NCBI GenBank assembly: GCA_010015585.1
Contig: ML975155.1
Length of the DNA stretch: 64,000 nucleotides
Direction: 5' to 3' (one strand)
DNA from: Eremomyces bilateralis CBS 781.70
Taxonomy: Eukaryota
Position 1 is the stretch's first letter, and the number at the start of each line of letters is the position of its first letter. A program made the position numbers and the translations under genes. Below, piece by piece: positions 1-11,775 of this stretch. Under the pieces are notes generated by a model. The model was not told the DNA's origin, searched no databases, and worked only from the letters and a program-made list of their open reading frames with translations.

Positions 1-435
1 CTCGCAGAAGACCATCCCTCACGACTGGCGTCGCAGCATGCGCTCGCCGGAGCATATGAAGCAAACGGACAGGTCAAGGAGGCGGTCAAGCTGCTAGAGA
101 GTGTTGTTGCTTTAAAGCGGAAAATTATGGCGGAAGATCACCCTTCGCGAATTGTATCGGAGAGGATGCTGGCTTCCTTCTATAATGATATGCTAAAGAA
201 GCCTGAAACAGGGCAGGCGTCCGTATCTTCTGTTGAAGATCCTGCAGCCGAGGATACTGACGAACGTCAGTTCAACCAAGCACCAGAGGTTCCACCAGCG
301 ATATCAGACAAGAGCAGCGCACCCATTATAGATTCGGATCCGCTACTAACAGACCAAGGACTGAAGTTGAACAGCACTGGGAAAAGAGGACATCTCGTGA
401 GGCGGCTAAGAGGCATTTTATCGAAGGACAAATAA
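1..435 (+). CDS. 3' end of a TPR-repeat protein (kinesin-light-chain-like TPRs, typical of fungal NLR-like NB-ARC/NACHT-TPR proteins); 5' part lies outside the window
   Basis: Frame +1 is open from base 1: LAEDHPSRLASQHALAGAYEANGQVKEAVKLLESVVALKRKIMAEDHPSRIVSERMLAS. The AEDHPSR motif recurs 42 aa apart, followed by a low-complexity tail and TAA at 433-435. Confidence 0.75.
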   Translation, partial: LAEDHPSRLASQHALAGAYEANGQVKEAVKLLESVVALKRKIMAEDHPSRIVSERMLASFYNDMLKKPETGQASVSSVEDPAAEDTDERQFNQAPEVPPAISDKSSAPIIDSDPLLTDQGLKLNSTGKRGHLVRRLRGILSKDK

Positions 436-1264
436 GTTAGCGTCGGCGTTCTTGTTTCGGCACGTAGGGAATTCTATGTTCGCTAGGAATAGTTAGGCTG
501 CGGCAGCCGCAGGTGGGAACAGCCATAACCTTGGCGTGGGCAATACTGCATATTACTTAAGTTATAATACATTAATATAAGTTACATATCGTACATGCAT
601 AATCATTCCGCATTAGCCAGGCTTGTTCATTGTTCTGGTAGGAAGTACTGACCAGCGTAACGAACTTTGGTAAATTTGTAAGCTACACCAGTCACGTCGT
701 CGATAATGATTTATAACTTGGTAGTTAGACTCTTAAAACCAGATATAGGCCTTTAATAAGTTTTAAATGTAAAATGAGCCCGATGATGGTGCTGTAGTGA
801 AGATGTTCTTACATACTATGAAGGTAGACTCTCCGGAAATCACGCTCGAACGCGGCCATGTTAACGTAATTTTCGTGGTAGGAGCGTCTCGAATATTAAG
901 GAATGGCTACAGTGCAATATTAAGACGGAATTATAGAGATATCAATAAATGTGCAAAGTCTGGCTTGCTCTGAAGTTAAAGTACGAATGGTTTTGCTCGG
1001 CACGCAGGGGTGTCTGGCACACAGGGAGGGAGGTTAATAGAGATCTGAACAGTTTAAATGCATCGAGGTTAGTCGCTACACTCGCCAAACATAAGTAACC
1101 TTCTCGTCCATTTCTGGAAATGGAGCCAGTCACTTCTCCATCACCCATTTCCCATTCTGGAACGGGGCCGGGCATGCATGCAAATACTTGTGTATCGTTG
1201 CCGTTATTACCCTTCATACTAGGAGGTGCACTATCGCTGTCCAAAGCTATAATGCCCTGGATCC

Positions 1265-3374
1265 CTAGGTTTGGAGCAGATCTACCAGTTCAGATTTCGG
1301 CACAAGATACGGCTTGACCGTATCCCTAACCTTCGCTTTATGTTCAAAAGCATATGCAATTCCAATGAGTTTCTCCGTGAATTTCGATCCGAGGAAACTA
1401 ATTCCAAACCTATATGAGATATGAGTTAGAGATTTCCAAATCGAGAAAATGGCGATCACATACGGTATATTCGGAGCGACATCGAGTAAGCCCCATGAGT
1501 TCCTCACTGTAGACACACTAGCCGGATAGGACCCGAGGGGGACAGTAACGATTGGCGCCCCAACAGTCGCCGCATAGCTGGACGCGAAGTTCGCTGGAAG
1601 AACCACCGCATCTAGATCATCGCGGTCAATGGCACCAAGTAAACCTCCTTTGGCTCCATAATATACGACTTGTTGGTAAGTAGGCCAGAAGCGAGAATCC
1701 GTGTTGTTCCAATCTTGTAGGGCTGCATCCCAAATGCCGGTATCGCGCGTCGGGTAGTCCACAAGAGGGAATGATGCGTAAACTCGCGTAGGACCGCCAA
1801 CGATGTAATGTTGTTTGGGTTGAATGCGAACCAATCGAGATAGTGTTGCAAATTGACGACAAAATCGGCACTGAGAATGCGTAATGGCAACTTTGAGTTT
1901 TGAAATTCCATAGCTGCGGGAAAAGTGGTATCAACAATATTAGCGCCTGCGGAACTTAGGATTTCCAATGCTTGTTCAAACGCTTCAATAATCGGCCCAG
2001 TGGTGTTGTCCGAATGCATGGATATCACATCTCGAGGAACACCTAACTTGGACCCTGAAAGTGCTGAGAGCTTGCACGCCGTAATCTAATCGGGAATTGT
2101 GGAATGGGGCACTGCGGCCGTACAGTTATCATGTGGGTCTGCACCAGCGATTGCTTGCAGAATATGTGCAGCATCTTTGACCGTTTTCGCCAGAGGTCCG
2201 ACAGTGTCTTGATGCTCACTGATTGGGATGACCAGATGCCTAGATGTCAGTCCAACAGCTGAAGCCATATCAGTCTAACTCGTGAAACCGACTTCAATGA
2301 TACACAGACGTACTTGGCTTGATGCCCACCACGTTATTGAACGAAGCAGGCCCTGTGATGGAACCATCAGTTTTGGTACCTAATGAGGCCAGAGCGAGGC
2401 CGAGTCTGCAGAGAAGTCAGAATCACTCCCCAAAGTCAAAAACCGCTCACGTACGCAGAGACTACTCCGCTTCCACTAGAACTGCCCCACGGATCTGCTT
2501 TCGGGGAAATACGGTCCGTAGACCTGACTTCCAAGAGCTGACCAGCCATTACTTGCGTTCAAGGATCGAAAGTTCGCCCACTGAGTAATACTCGTCTTTC
2601 CGATAATGATTGCACCCGCCGCCCGAAGCTTACGCGCAACGGTGGCATCCATGGGCACTTTCGCTCCCGCAAGAGCCCACGAACCAGCTAGAAAACAAGT
2701 CAGCGAGCATGACATGCCGGTAGGTAGAGATTCACCAGTTGCGCCCATCATGTCGTAGGTGGCAATATTGTTCTTGATCAGGATCGGGATTCCATGAAGC
2801 GGCCTGCCCTCATTAGCCGGCCGATTAGTATGTATGCGCCATCATCCTTACCCACGAATAGATCCTGCCGAGCGCTCATCATCCAACATGGCCGCAATAT
2901 CCAGAGCATTAGGGTTCACCTCAGTTACAGCATGAAATGTACTATTGACCTCTGCTATCCGGGAGAGGTACGCCTAGCTCCGGTCATTAGCAAACATTCG
3001 AAAGCTCGTTACCACAAAGACAGGTTTGCGATTGTATCAACGATGAAATAGGGATGGAAATGAATTATTGTTTGCGGATACTATTCTACGAAGAGTGCCT
3101 GGAATAAAATGCTAGAAAACGGAATAGATAGCACTCTGCTTGCGGGATGATACGTACTTTGACAAGATCGACGCTGGTGAATGTGTTGCTTGTAAGGCCA
3201 GCAGTGAGCGTTCAATAGTGGCATCGCTAAGGGTTGGATAGTTTGCTAATATCTTGATCAGTCGAGCACCATTTATTTTTGAGCGATTAACTTACCCACG
3301 GGGTATGACGTTGTGCGGATCCAGCCACTACTTATACCACCGATCAACAACTGGAGGGCCACCAGGAGGACCAT
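1265..3374 (-). pseudogene. Secreted amidase-signature family gene, inactivated
   Basis: Ordered fragments: signal-like MVLLVALQLL, FTSVDLVK/AYLSRIAEVN, GPLHGIPILIKNNIAT, GAIIIGKT, GSSSGSG, LGTKTDGSITGPA, QDTVGPLAKTVKDAA, APIVTVPLG. Several introns, but also frameshifts (near 3210, 2500 and 1780) and in-frame stops (TAG at 2086, TAA at 3273). Confidence 0.8.
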
Positions 3375-3806
3375 GATGGCATTTCTGGATTGGTGTCTTT
3401 GTTTCGTTGTAACTGGTGTCTCCTGATGTCCAGATGAAATTGGCAAAAGCTCATACGATGTTGGCCAAAGTTGATAAGAGGTTGCTTGACGGCGAAAATA
3501 GTAGAGTAGATGTTGTGCTGAGTTGGCCGTCATTTGAAGCCACGGGCGCTTCAACACAGACTGGAGCATGGATCAAGAGTCAAACCCGCAGCGTATCACC
3601 ACCAGAGACTCTCTTTTTGCGGCATAGGCAAGTGAGAGTGCTAGCATGTCGCATAGGCTGTCGTGATCCTTAAGAGGGGCGATGATTAATGAGAGATTTA
3701 CGGAGGTTTGTAGCCTTTGCAAGAAGTGAGGTTTGGCCTATGGCGAGGTGATACCGGTCGTCAAACCACAATTTGAATAATTAGCTGGCAGATCCGCGCC
3801 TCGGGC

Positions 3807-3896
3807 GTAAGTTCGAATCCCTGCCTGTTGGCCAACCACTTACTTGGCCAGCATCACCATCTTAACCGCCATCATGAAACCCGTAATATCTCTACC
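3807..3896. repeat. Left TIR of the first pogo-like element
   Basis: gtaagttcgaatccctgcctgttggccaacc... is the imperfect reverse complement of 5521-5610. Confidence 0.85.
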
Positions 3897-5520
3897 ACTA
3901 CGTAATTATATTGAAAATTCAAACAATAGGAATATTGTACAACGTCTTGGGGAGCGTCTGATATGGTTTTAGCCACGGGAACAGTCTGTTCTAGTAGGGT
4001 ATTTGCCTCTAGAAGCTGTACCGTCTCGTGCACTAGTTTGATCTCTTGAATGTGTGCGAGCTTAACATTAAGATCTATCTGAACCTTCTTCTTGCATTTT
4101 GGGGTTGTAGCGGCATCTAGGCGGGCCTGGAGACTAGGGATTTTCAGATCTGACGCAGCCTGACGCGCCTATAGCACTCCGATTGCTTTGCCTCCTTCCC
4201 TATGTACGACTTGGTCCCTTTCGCCACGCGTGTATTCTTGTTAAGAACGCGCAATGCACTTTGTATTTATTTGGGTTTGTAGAGCGTCATCTGGAAGACT
4301 GGGAGGGACTAGTAATGGGGTGCGCGGAGGCGTGTTTGGTGGTGGAATTGAGGATGCGGTTTCAGTAGGCGTAGGCAGTATCACGAACTGGATATTGAGG
4401 CTTTTTGACGGGTCCCACGGTATAAGACCTGCAACCTTCCATCCTGATCTGATTGTACGCTCGATTAGGCATGCCCGACGCGCCTCTGCATAGAGGACAA
4501 TGAACCTTCGTAGTGCCTCGTCGATATATGCGCTTTGTCGGAGGGTCTTGTAGAAGCATTTCAGAGGTGAAAAACAGGCGAGATCGAGAGAGTGAAGGAC
4601 ATGGTAGGTATGCGCAGGTATGTAGACTACAGTCACGCCGTTTATCCTGCATTCTTATAGGAAATCGATGGTTGCGTGGCATCCGGGCTCGTCCCTGAGT
4701 AGGATCCTGTACCGTCGCTCTGCAGTAGTTTCAGGGATGAAAACCGTACGAAGCCATACCAACGCGTGTTTATCTGAAGGTCCATACGTTTGGTGACACC
4801 GCATAATGGAAGTCTGGGGGTTGTTCGGGGAACCAAGCAGCTTGTAGAGACGCGCCTTTCTGGATAACTGTTGGTTTGAGATAGCAACCAGTTGCAGAGA
4901 CTGATTCTAGGATAGAGGACCATTCCCGGTTCTCAGGACTCATGATATAAGCTGTCAACTTCTGCGAGTCTGCGATGACAGTAGTATTAGCATATATTTG
5001 CATTCCAACACCTGCTTCATCCATATTCCATGTATTGAAAGGGTGGACGTCGTACTATGTCTGAACTTGGTGGAAATACGCGTAAAGCCCATTTATTGTA
5101 TCTTATTTTGCAGCCCGACGTCAGACGACATCTAGACTATGTCCAACACACGTCGCAACGCGTGGATTTCGATGTAGAAATCGCGGTACCCAATTCTTTC
5201 CAAGGGGCGTGGAATCTCCTTGAAGCTCTAGAACTCGTGCTGCCATTTCTCGAAGACGTGCGTGGGTAGGGGGGAATCCTTGAGAGCCATTTTCAAGTAT
5301 CCAGTCGACTAAAAACTTCTCCTGTATCGGTGTAAGGCGTTGGTTCGATTGTTGAGCTGTAGAGCGCGATTGCATGCCCTTGAGGCGGTTTTGAAGCGTA
5401 GCTCGATTGACGTTGAATAGGGCCGCAGCTTCGTTTTGTGATTTACATTGACCGGTCTGCAAGGCATTAATAGCCTGTAAGAGTATCTCCTCTGAATTTG
5501 ACATCGCAATATGATATGGT

Positions 5521-5610
5521 GGTTGAGATATTACACGTTTGGTGATAGTGGTGAAAATGGTGATACCGGCCAAGCGGCTGGTTGGCCAACAGGCAGGGGT
5601 TCGAACATAC
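5521..5610. repeat. Right TIR of the first pogo-like element
   Basis: ...ggttggccaacaggcaggggttcgaacatac pairs with 3807-3896. Confidence 0.85.
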
Positions 5611-5686
5611 CATATTATTTCACGACGACCAGCGCATCTTCCCATCATCATTGCGCGACTTGACACCTTGCCTACTCAACCTCACG

Positions 5687-6835
5687 ATGGACCGTAAGCG
5701 CAAATTAGATGATCCAGTAAGCTCTCACCCTCAAGCGAGCAAAAAGCCCAAGGGCAACGGGGACCTCGACGGAGCTTTCCCAGCCGCAGAACTACAGAAA
5801 TTGTTGGACACGGTCCTTGAGCGCAAAGATGTGTCCGAGTCTATCTTTCAAAGCGCAAAGGATTTAAAGGAGAAGATATCAAGTTCAAGCGCTCTTGCTA
5901 GTCCGAAGGAAGGCCAAAAACAAGAGCAGCCCGACGTGCATCCGCAAGGCATCTCCAAACCTTCCACCCCCAACCTCCCAAAAGCTAGCGCAACAAATAA
6001 AACCCGTCTACCGCCCTTACCGATCATCAAATCCGAAGTACTTCTAGGCCCCATCTTCACGCATTCATCATTTGACGCCATCCGACCGCTCGGAACCGAC
6101 ACCCACACCTACGAACCGCTCGAGTTCCTCGGCGATGTCTACATCGAGCTTGCAGCAACGCGCCTCGTGCACCTACGACCCCGCATCAAAGTCAACCGCA
6201 AATCCTCCATCCGCGAGCTCTGCGTGAAGAACGAGACGCTGGCCACCTTCTCGCGCAAATATGGCCTCGACCAGCGGCTCCGGATCGCCGGTAGCCTAGA
6301 GGACTGGGGGACGAAGGGCACGGAGAAGATCCTCGGCGACGTATTCGAGGCCTATGTTGCGGGCGTGGTCGAAGAGCATGGGTATGCGGTGGCGGAGGCG
6401 TGGCTTTGGGGTTGTTGGGAGCCGTTGCTGGCGGAGAAGCTGAAGGAGGAGTGGACGCAGGCTGGGCAGGACGAGCCGCAGAAGGACGGAACTCAGGATT
6501 TGTTTGAGAAGGATCCGAAGACAGGTTTGGCGCGGTTATTGTTGAGCCCAGGGGTCAAGCTGGACTACATTACCGAGAACGAACAGAAATTTGCGAAGAA
6601 GGGGTTCGTCAAGTACACGGTCAGCTTGTATCTCACGGGATGGGGCTATGTCAAGCAGAAGTTGGGCGTTGGGGTGGATCACTCAGTGAAACTGGCCGGG
6701 ATCGCGGCGGCAAAGGATGCGATGAAGAATCAACGGGACTTTATTTTGGTCGTGAATGCGGAGAAGATTAGGACCGATGCGGAGAGGAAAGCACAGCGGG
6801 AGAGGGAGCTGCAGACATCGAGTTCACAGCTTTGA
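5687..6835 (+). CDS. Ribonuclease III (Rnt1/Pac1-like; one RNase III domain plus C-terminal dsRBD), apparently intronless, 382 aa
   Basis: RNase III signature YEPLEFLGD, second motif EKILGDVFEAYVAG, dsRBD-like DPKT..L..YLTGWG..LGVG..S.K.AG..AA. First ATG at 5687 gives MDRKRK (NLS-like). Confidence 0.9.
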   Translation: MDRKRKLDDPVSSHPQASKKPKGNGDLDGAFPAAELQKLLDTVLERKDVSESIFQSAKDLKEKISSSSALASPKEGQKQEQPDVHPQGISKPSTPNLPKASATNKTRLPPLPIIKSEVLLGPIFTHSSFDAIRPLGTDTHTYEPLEFLGDVYIELAATRLVHLRPRIKVNRKSSIRELCVKNETLATFSRKYGLDQRLRIAGSLEDWGTKGTEKILGDVFEAYVAGVVEEHGYAVAEAWLWGCWEPLLAEKLKEEWTQAGQDEPQKDGTQDLFEKDPKTGLARLLLSPGVKLDYITENEQKFAKKGFVKYTVSLYLTGWGYVKQKLGVGVDHSVKLAGIAAAKDAMKNQRDFILVVNAEKIRTDAERKAQRERELQTSSSQL

Positions 6836-7371
6836 TGAGGGATTGTAGAGATTCCTATGTATCGAGGACAGACTCTTGAGAGCATGCCGTGTGGGACAGC
6901 AAGCGATACGCGGTTGGCTAAGGCGGACAGAGGGCCGTGAAATCGATGGGTGCTCAATTACTGGAAGTTCTAACCGTGTCTTCACTTGAATTTCTAGTTT
7001 GTTTTGTCGTGAGATGCTGCTGCTGACATTTGAGTGGTCCATCGGTTATTCCTGCAACATCAAACTGTCAACAGATGGAATGTCCTGCCCAACGAACCAA
7101 TTGCCGTTGATGTAATCCATCCAACCTTGATACAATTATTCCCAATTTTCCAGAGATTCTCGAGACGTGGTGCATACAAGGAAATTCCTATCCTGCCCTT
7201 CTTCTTTTCCCTTTCTCTTCACAATCTTCAACAAGTCAAAGCTCTGCCCGCACTCAGAGTCACCAACTCTGTACTAGCAAGTATCTGACCAATACCCTCC
7301 CAGCGGTATCCATCTTTGCGCTCACCACAATCTCAGCATCTCATAACACCAAACACTTTACCTCCTACACC

Positions 7372-7776
7372 ATGTCCCACACCACTGCCCAAGGCCCCAG
7401 CGCCCTCAAGCTCATCCAGATGGACTAACTGGACATGCTCCTGAGGCAAAGCACGAAGTCCAAACAAATGGACACCTTCAACGTGGTAGCGAAACGCAAC
7501 GCTCACTAGATGAAAAGGTCCTTCAAGGCCGCCAAGCCGTCCCCGAAGTCGAGCAAAACCCCCTCGACTTCACCCGCCATAGCCAAATAGCGTGGCCAGC
7601 CATCCTTCTCTTCGTTCCCACGGACGTCTTCCTCCCCGGGCCTCGCCAAATCCAGCCAGCTGAAGCCCTCTTCCACCCGCTCACCCCTGTCGACCAAGTC
7701 TTCCTCTTCCGGCCCGACCAAGCCCACTGCATCGGCCAAACCCGCCTCGTCCGGCCCCCTCTTCCCATTCGATTGA
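7372..7776 (+). pseudogene. Small Ser/Pro/Lys-rich ORF interrupted by three in-frame stops
   Basis: CACC-ATG context, C-ending codon bias, one frame of 135 codons: MSHTTAQGPSALKLIQMD*LDML...NAH*MKRSFK...IAK*RGQP...PLFPFD*. Confidence 0.45.
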
Positions 7777-8873
7777 CCGAAGCGGGAAATCTGCAAACTC
7801 ATGTACGACAAAAGCGGCAAGGTAATCCGCGAAGATTAAATCAACCGTCGACCCAGACCTTGGAACACCTGAATGGGTTCGGCGGTGTTGCGCTCGGGAG
7901 CTACCACCTGCAGACCTTGAATAGGGTATTATCCCTTTAGAAACAACGATCTTCGTTAGGGTTGAACATGGTGGGGGTGTCGCTCCACATCGAATCAGGT
8001 TGTTCGACATGGATATATGTACTCTAGGTGCACATTTAGTGTTAGGGATTTGAAGAAATTGTTTTTGCTTTCAGCTTTGAGGCCAGTGCCTCATTATAAG
8101 TGACTGCGGCTTGCCCATCGTCCACCGTGAACATCGTGAACATCGCAAGTGACCTGTATGGCGCTCACTCAAAAAAGATTACACTCCCAGTCTTTCGTTG
8201 CTAGAGATGTGCACATCGTGAGTCACCTGGCTGGTAGTGTACGCTGATGAAATACGGTAGCGCTTTCTGAACGACCCAATCCTCTTGTTTGTATTTCCTT
8301 AAGTCCCTTTTTTGCCTAGCTCTTGAACTGAAACCACACTCCCTGCGATGTATGATCCATTTGACCTTGGGCGACAGAAATCTATCAGCATCAATTAGAC
8401 GCGAAGGAGCATGGCAATTGGCCGAGCGAAAACATGCATATCATGATTAATTACGGCGATGATCATTCTTGCCAACTACAAGAAATTATGCAGATTCATG
8501 TCCACAATATTTGAGGAAGCATTTGTTACGTTCAATTAAAGTTTGGAGGATGATATCACCAAAGATCCCTCCACGTGACGTCCCTTCACAGTGGCATTCC
8601 GCTCCCGTATGGACACTTTGGCACTTTACATTTACGAAACAGAGTGACACCACAAACTCACCGGCTTCGCAACGGTGTGTTGAGTGGCAATGTATCCTTT
8701 GAATTCTCCAATATGATATCCACTTCCCTCCTCCTCCAATAATACGTTCCTTACCAACTCCTCCAGCAACTTCCAAGTTCCATCCACTCCCGATGACCAG
8801 CACATCCCAAGAGCGCGATTGCAGCCTATAACACCCCGTCCCCAACCGATCTTTTGAATACGGCCATTGGATC

Positions 8874-9791
8874 ATGGCAGACTTCTTTGCAGGCGGTATA
8901 GGTGGCGGCGAGGGAATCGGTGGATTCCCTTTGGAGCAATGGTTCTTCGAGACGCCGGTATGCACACGCTGGTGGACAACTGCAACTGTTATTACGAGCG
9001 TTCTCGTGCAATGTCACGTCCTCACACCTTTCCAACTATTCTACAGCTACCGAGCCGTATTTCATAAGAGCCAGGTATGATCTCCGAGCCATATTTGCTC
9101 GTCCAGTTGCTAACCGCGGAGCAGTACTGGCGTTTGATATCCACCTTCCTCTACGTTGGCCCCATCAACCTCGACCTCCTCTTCCACATCTTCTTCTTGC
9201 AGCGCTATTGCCGGTTCCTAGAAGAATCCTCCGGTCGATCTGCAGCGCACTTCGCGTGGCTGATGGCGTACGCATCCATCACCCTTCTATGCATCGCACC
9301 CTTCTTCTCCATTGCGTTCCTCGGATCGGCGCTGTCCAGCACACTGGTTTATATCTGGAGTCGGCGGAACCCGGATTCTTTGTTGAGCTTCCTTGGCCTG
9401 ATCGTGTTCCGAGCGCCCTTTCTGCCATGGGTGTTGATCGCGTTCGGCGTCATTTTCTCGAACACGGTGCCCAAAGACGAGGTCTGCGGTATTGCCGTAG
9501 GACACGGTAGGTCGATCTAGTTGGACGATTGCAGGGAGCTAGTGCTGACATCATTTAGTTTGGTATTATTTCAACGACATCTACCCGCGACTGCATAATG
9601 ACCATAGACCACTCGATCCTCCGCAGTGGTGGGTTCGATTGTTCGAGGGCGATCCGCAAGAGCATGGGGAGGAACCGACTCTAGATGACCTCGTTCCGGA
9701 GGCCAATGTAGATGCTGCGACAGCGAATCAGGGCGACGGTAATCTTAGACGGCGCAATCCTGGTGAAGAAGAAGTTCCCACCGATGCATAG
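8874..9791 (+). CDS. DER1: Derlin (Der1-like ERAD membrane protein); exons 8874-9074, 9125-9506, 9559-9791
   Basis: PVCTRWW, QYWRLISTFLY, LEESS, YIWSRRNP, APFLPWV, GIAVGHVWYYFNDIYP; canonical introns. Confidence 0.92.
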
Positions 9792-10360
9792 AAACGCATC
9801 CATAGACGAAATGAGACCTTTTCTTGTATACAAGCCTTGCGACTAGTATCCTGCGATGTACAGATCGAGTGATGTATGTGCATCTAATTCTGGAACCTCA
9901 CAACCACTCAATCGTTGGCATAACTGCCTGCACTCGATGGTGAGATATTGGTGACAGATGGACCGCCAGGTCTGGTATTCTCGTTGTTTGGTTTCCCGAA
10001 AATTGCCAGTACAACACATAATTCCTCTCCAGAGATCCAGAGATCTACCTATTAGTGCTGCTGCTAAACATGGGATGTGTCGTTATTCCTCGTTATGCCC
10101 TCCGCAATTCAGCCCTATGGAGCAAGGGCCAGGCAAGGGTCCTGAGCCTCACAACAACCGAAGCTGATGCGTTGCATTTCTCCAGCTCAAGCTCTAGAAG
10201 ATCCATATATGATTTTACAATCTGCAGGAACTTTCCATGCCATCCGAGAGCGCATTATATATAGTACGGAATAGATTTCCCATGCTTTCCCATTATCCAT
10301 GAAGGGTCCGCTAGTGTAATTCGCGCATAGGCTCACCGCGGAGACTGGGCACGGCAGAAG

Positions 10361-11730
10361 ATGTCAGCCCTCCGCAATATTCTGATAGCGATCCTTACAA
10401 TTTCCTTTTTCACCTTCATCGCGTTCTTTGGCAGGCTGCCGATATTCAGGTATGAGATCTCCACCAATTGGGCGGACTAGGGAGGAAGCACCGAGAAGAA
10501 TGCTAACCAGGTGAGCAGGAATACACCAATCGGTGCATTACACCGAGTCATCTGGATCTACATCCCGAATGGTTTCAGCGCGATCGACAGATTAATATGT
10601 GGAGGGCGTCTTGGGTCACGTCTGTCTCGTACGGGGAATTACCTGCTATACGACAAACACCCAGGAATTCTGGTTGGTAGCCATGAGATGGGATACGCAT
10701 GACATGGAACTGACCAACCTAGATCTTCTTCCTTGGGCTCGTTGGAATCTGCTACATCCTTTTTCTCCCCGCCGCATGGCCTCACCTTTCTCTCGTCCAC
10801 CACATCCTCATCACAATCCTGAGCCCACAGCCCTTCCTTCTCACTTACCTCTGCGCCCGATCGAACCCCCAACTCCAGATCGACACCTCCAACCATGCGG
10901 ACCGCATGCTCGACTATCCCCTCGACTACGTGCTCTACCACCCCGGCCGAAAATGCCGTACCTGCAAATTCGAAAAGCCGGCGCGCAGCAAGCATTGCAG
11001 CATCTGCAAGACCTGCGTGGCGCGGTCGGATCATCATTGCGTGTGGGTGAACAATTGCGTGGGGAGGGGGAATTATAAGTACTTCTTGGCGCTACTGCTC
11101 AGCATGGGCGTGGTGATCAGCTACGGTGCATATCTTTCCTGGTATGTCCTGCAACCGATGATCGTTACTGCTCGAGCGCGATGGCGAGGGCGAGTGCGGG
11201 TGAAGATCCCAGGACCACAATCCAGGATGGACCACATGTTGGACGTCGTCTCGCGATTTCTGGACACTTTGAACTTAGCGATCATGGTTGGAGGAGGGAA
11301 ATTGGCGGGCGTAGGATTGCTCGCGGTTTTGACGGCACCTCTACCATTCGGTCTATTACTGTACCATGTGTACCTCATCTGGGTGGGCACCACGACCAAC
11401 GAAAGCGGGAAGTGGGACGACTGGAAAGAAGACATGGACGACGGAGTGGTGTTTCTGGGAGACCTACGCGGGGATCGTCCGACATATACTTCCTACTATC
11501 GGTTGTCGCAAGATGGGATGGGCGTCGTGAACGTTCCAGTACAATGGCCTGCTGTGAGCAAGCAGATCCTGGTAAGGACGAGGGATGGAGAACCTCCGCG
11601 AGGGCTTGCAGATCATGTGAACGGGATCATAGTTCCGAATAGTTGGAGGCGATGCTGGAAGTTGAGAGAGGTGGAGAATCTTTATGATTTAGGATTCTCG
11701 GATACCTTGACCGAAATTCTACGTAATTGA
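10361..11730 (+). CDS. SWF1: DHHC palmitoyltransferase Swf1-like (two introns in the 5' part)
   Basis: N-terminus MSALRNILIAILTISFFTFIAFFGRLP; CRTCKFEKPARSKHCSICKTCVARSDHHCVWVNNCVG; TTTNE; NLYDLGF. Confidence 0.9.
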
Positions 11731-11775
11731 ATTTCAGCATTCTTTTTGAGCCGCCTTCCTTGCCTATATGAGACA

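Larger units (their letters stand above)
3805..5612 (-). mobile_element. Degenerate pogo/Fot1-like (Tc1/mariner superfamily) DNA transposon, ~1.8 kb
   Basis: Imperfect ~90 bp TIRs at ~3807-3896 and ~5521-5610. Transposase from ATG 5504: HTH (QNEAAALFNVNRATLQNR), CENP-B HTH (LTPIQEKFLVDWI..GFPP..LGKNWVPRFLHRNP), WNMDEAG, PAHTYHVLHSLDLACFSPLK. Contains stops and frameshifts. TA follows the right end (5613-5614); no clean TA on the left. Confidence 0.9.

Noticed and set aside
3770..3845. tRNA-like 3' half (GTTCGAATCC...ACCA)
   Set aside because: No foldable acceptor, D or anticodon arms could be found; the motif is part of the transposon TIR and is mirrored at ~5600.
5582..6835. Dicer, or a transposon-RNase III fusion starting at 5582
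   Set aside because: Only one RNase III domain and no helicase or PAZ domain. The 5582 start is a TTG inside the TIR; the first ATG is at 5687.
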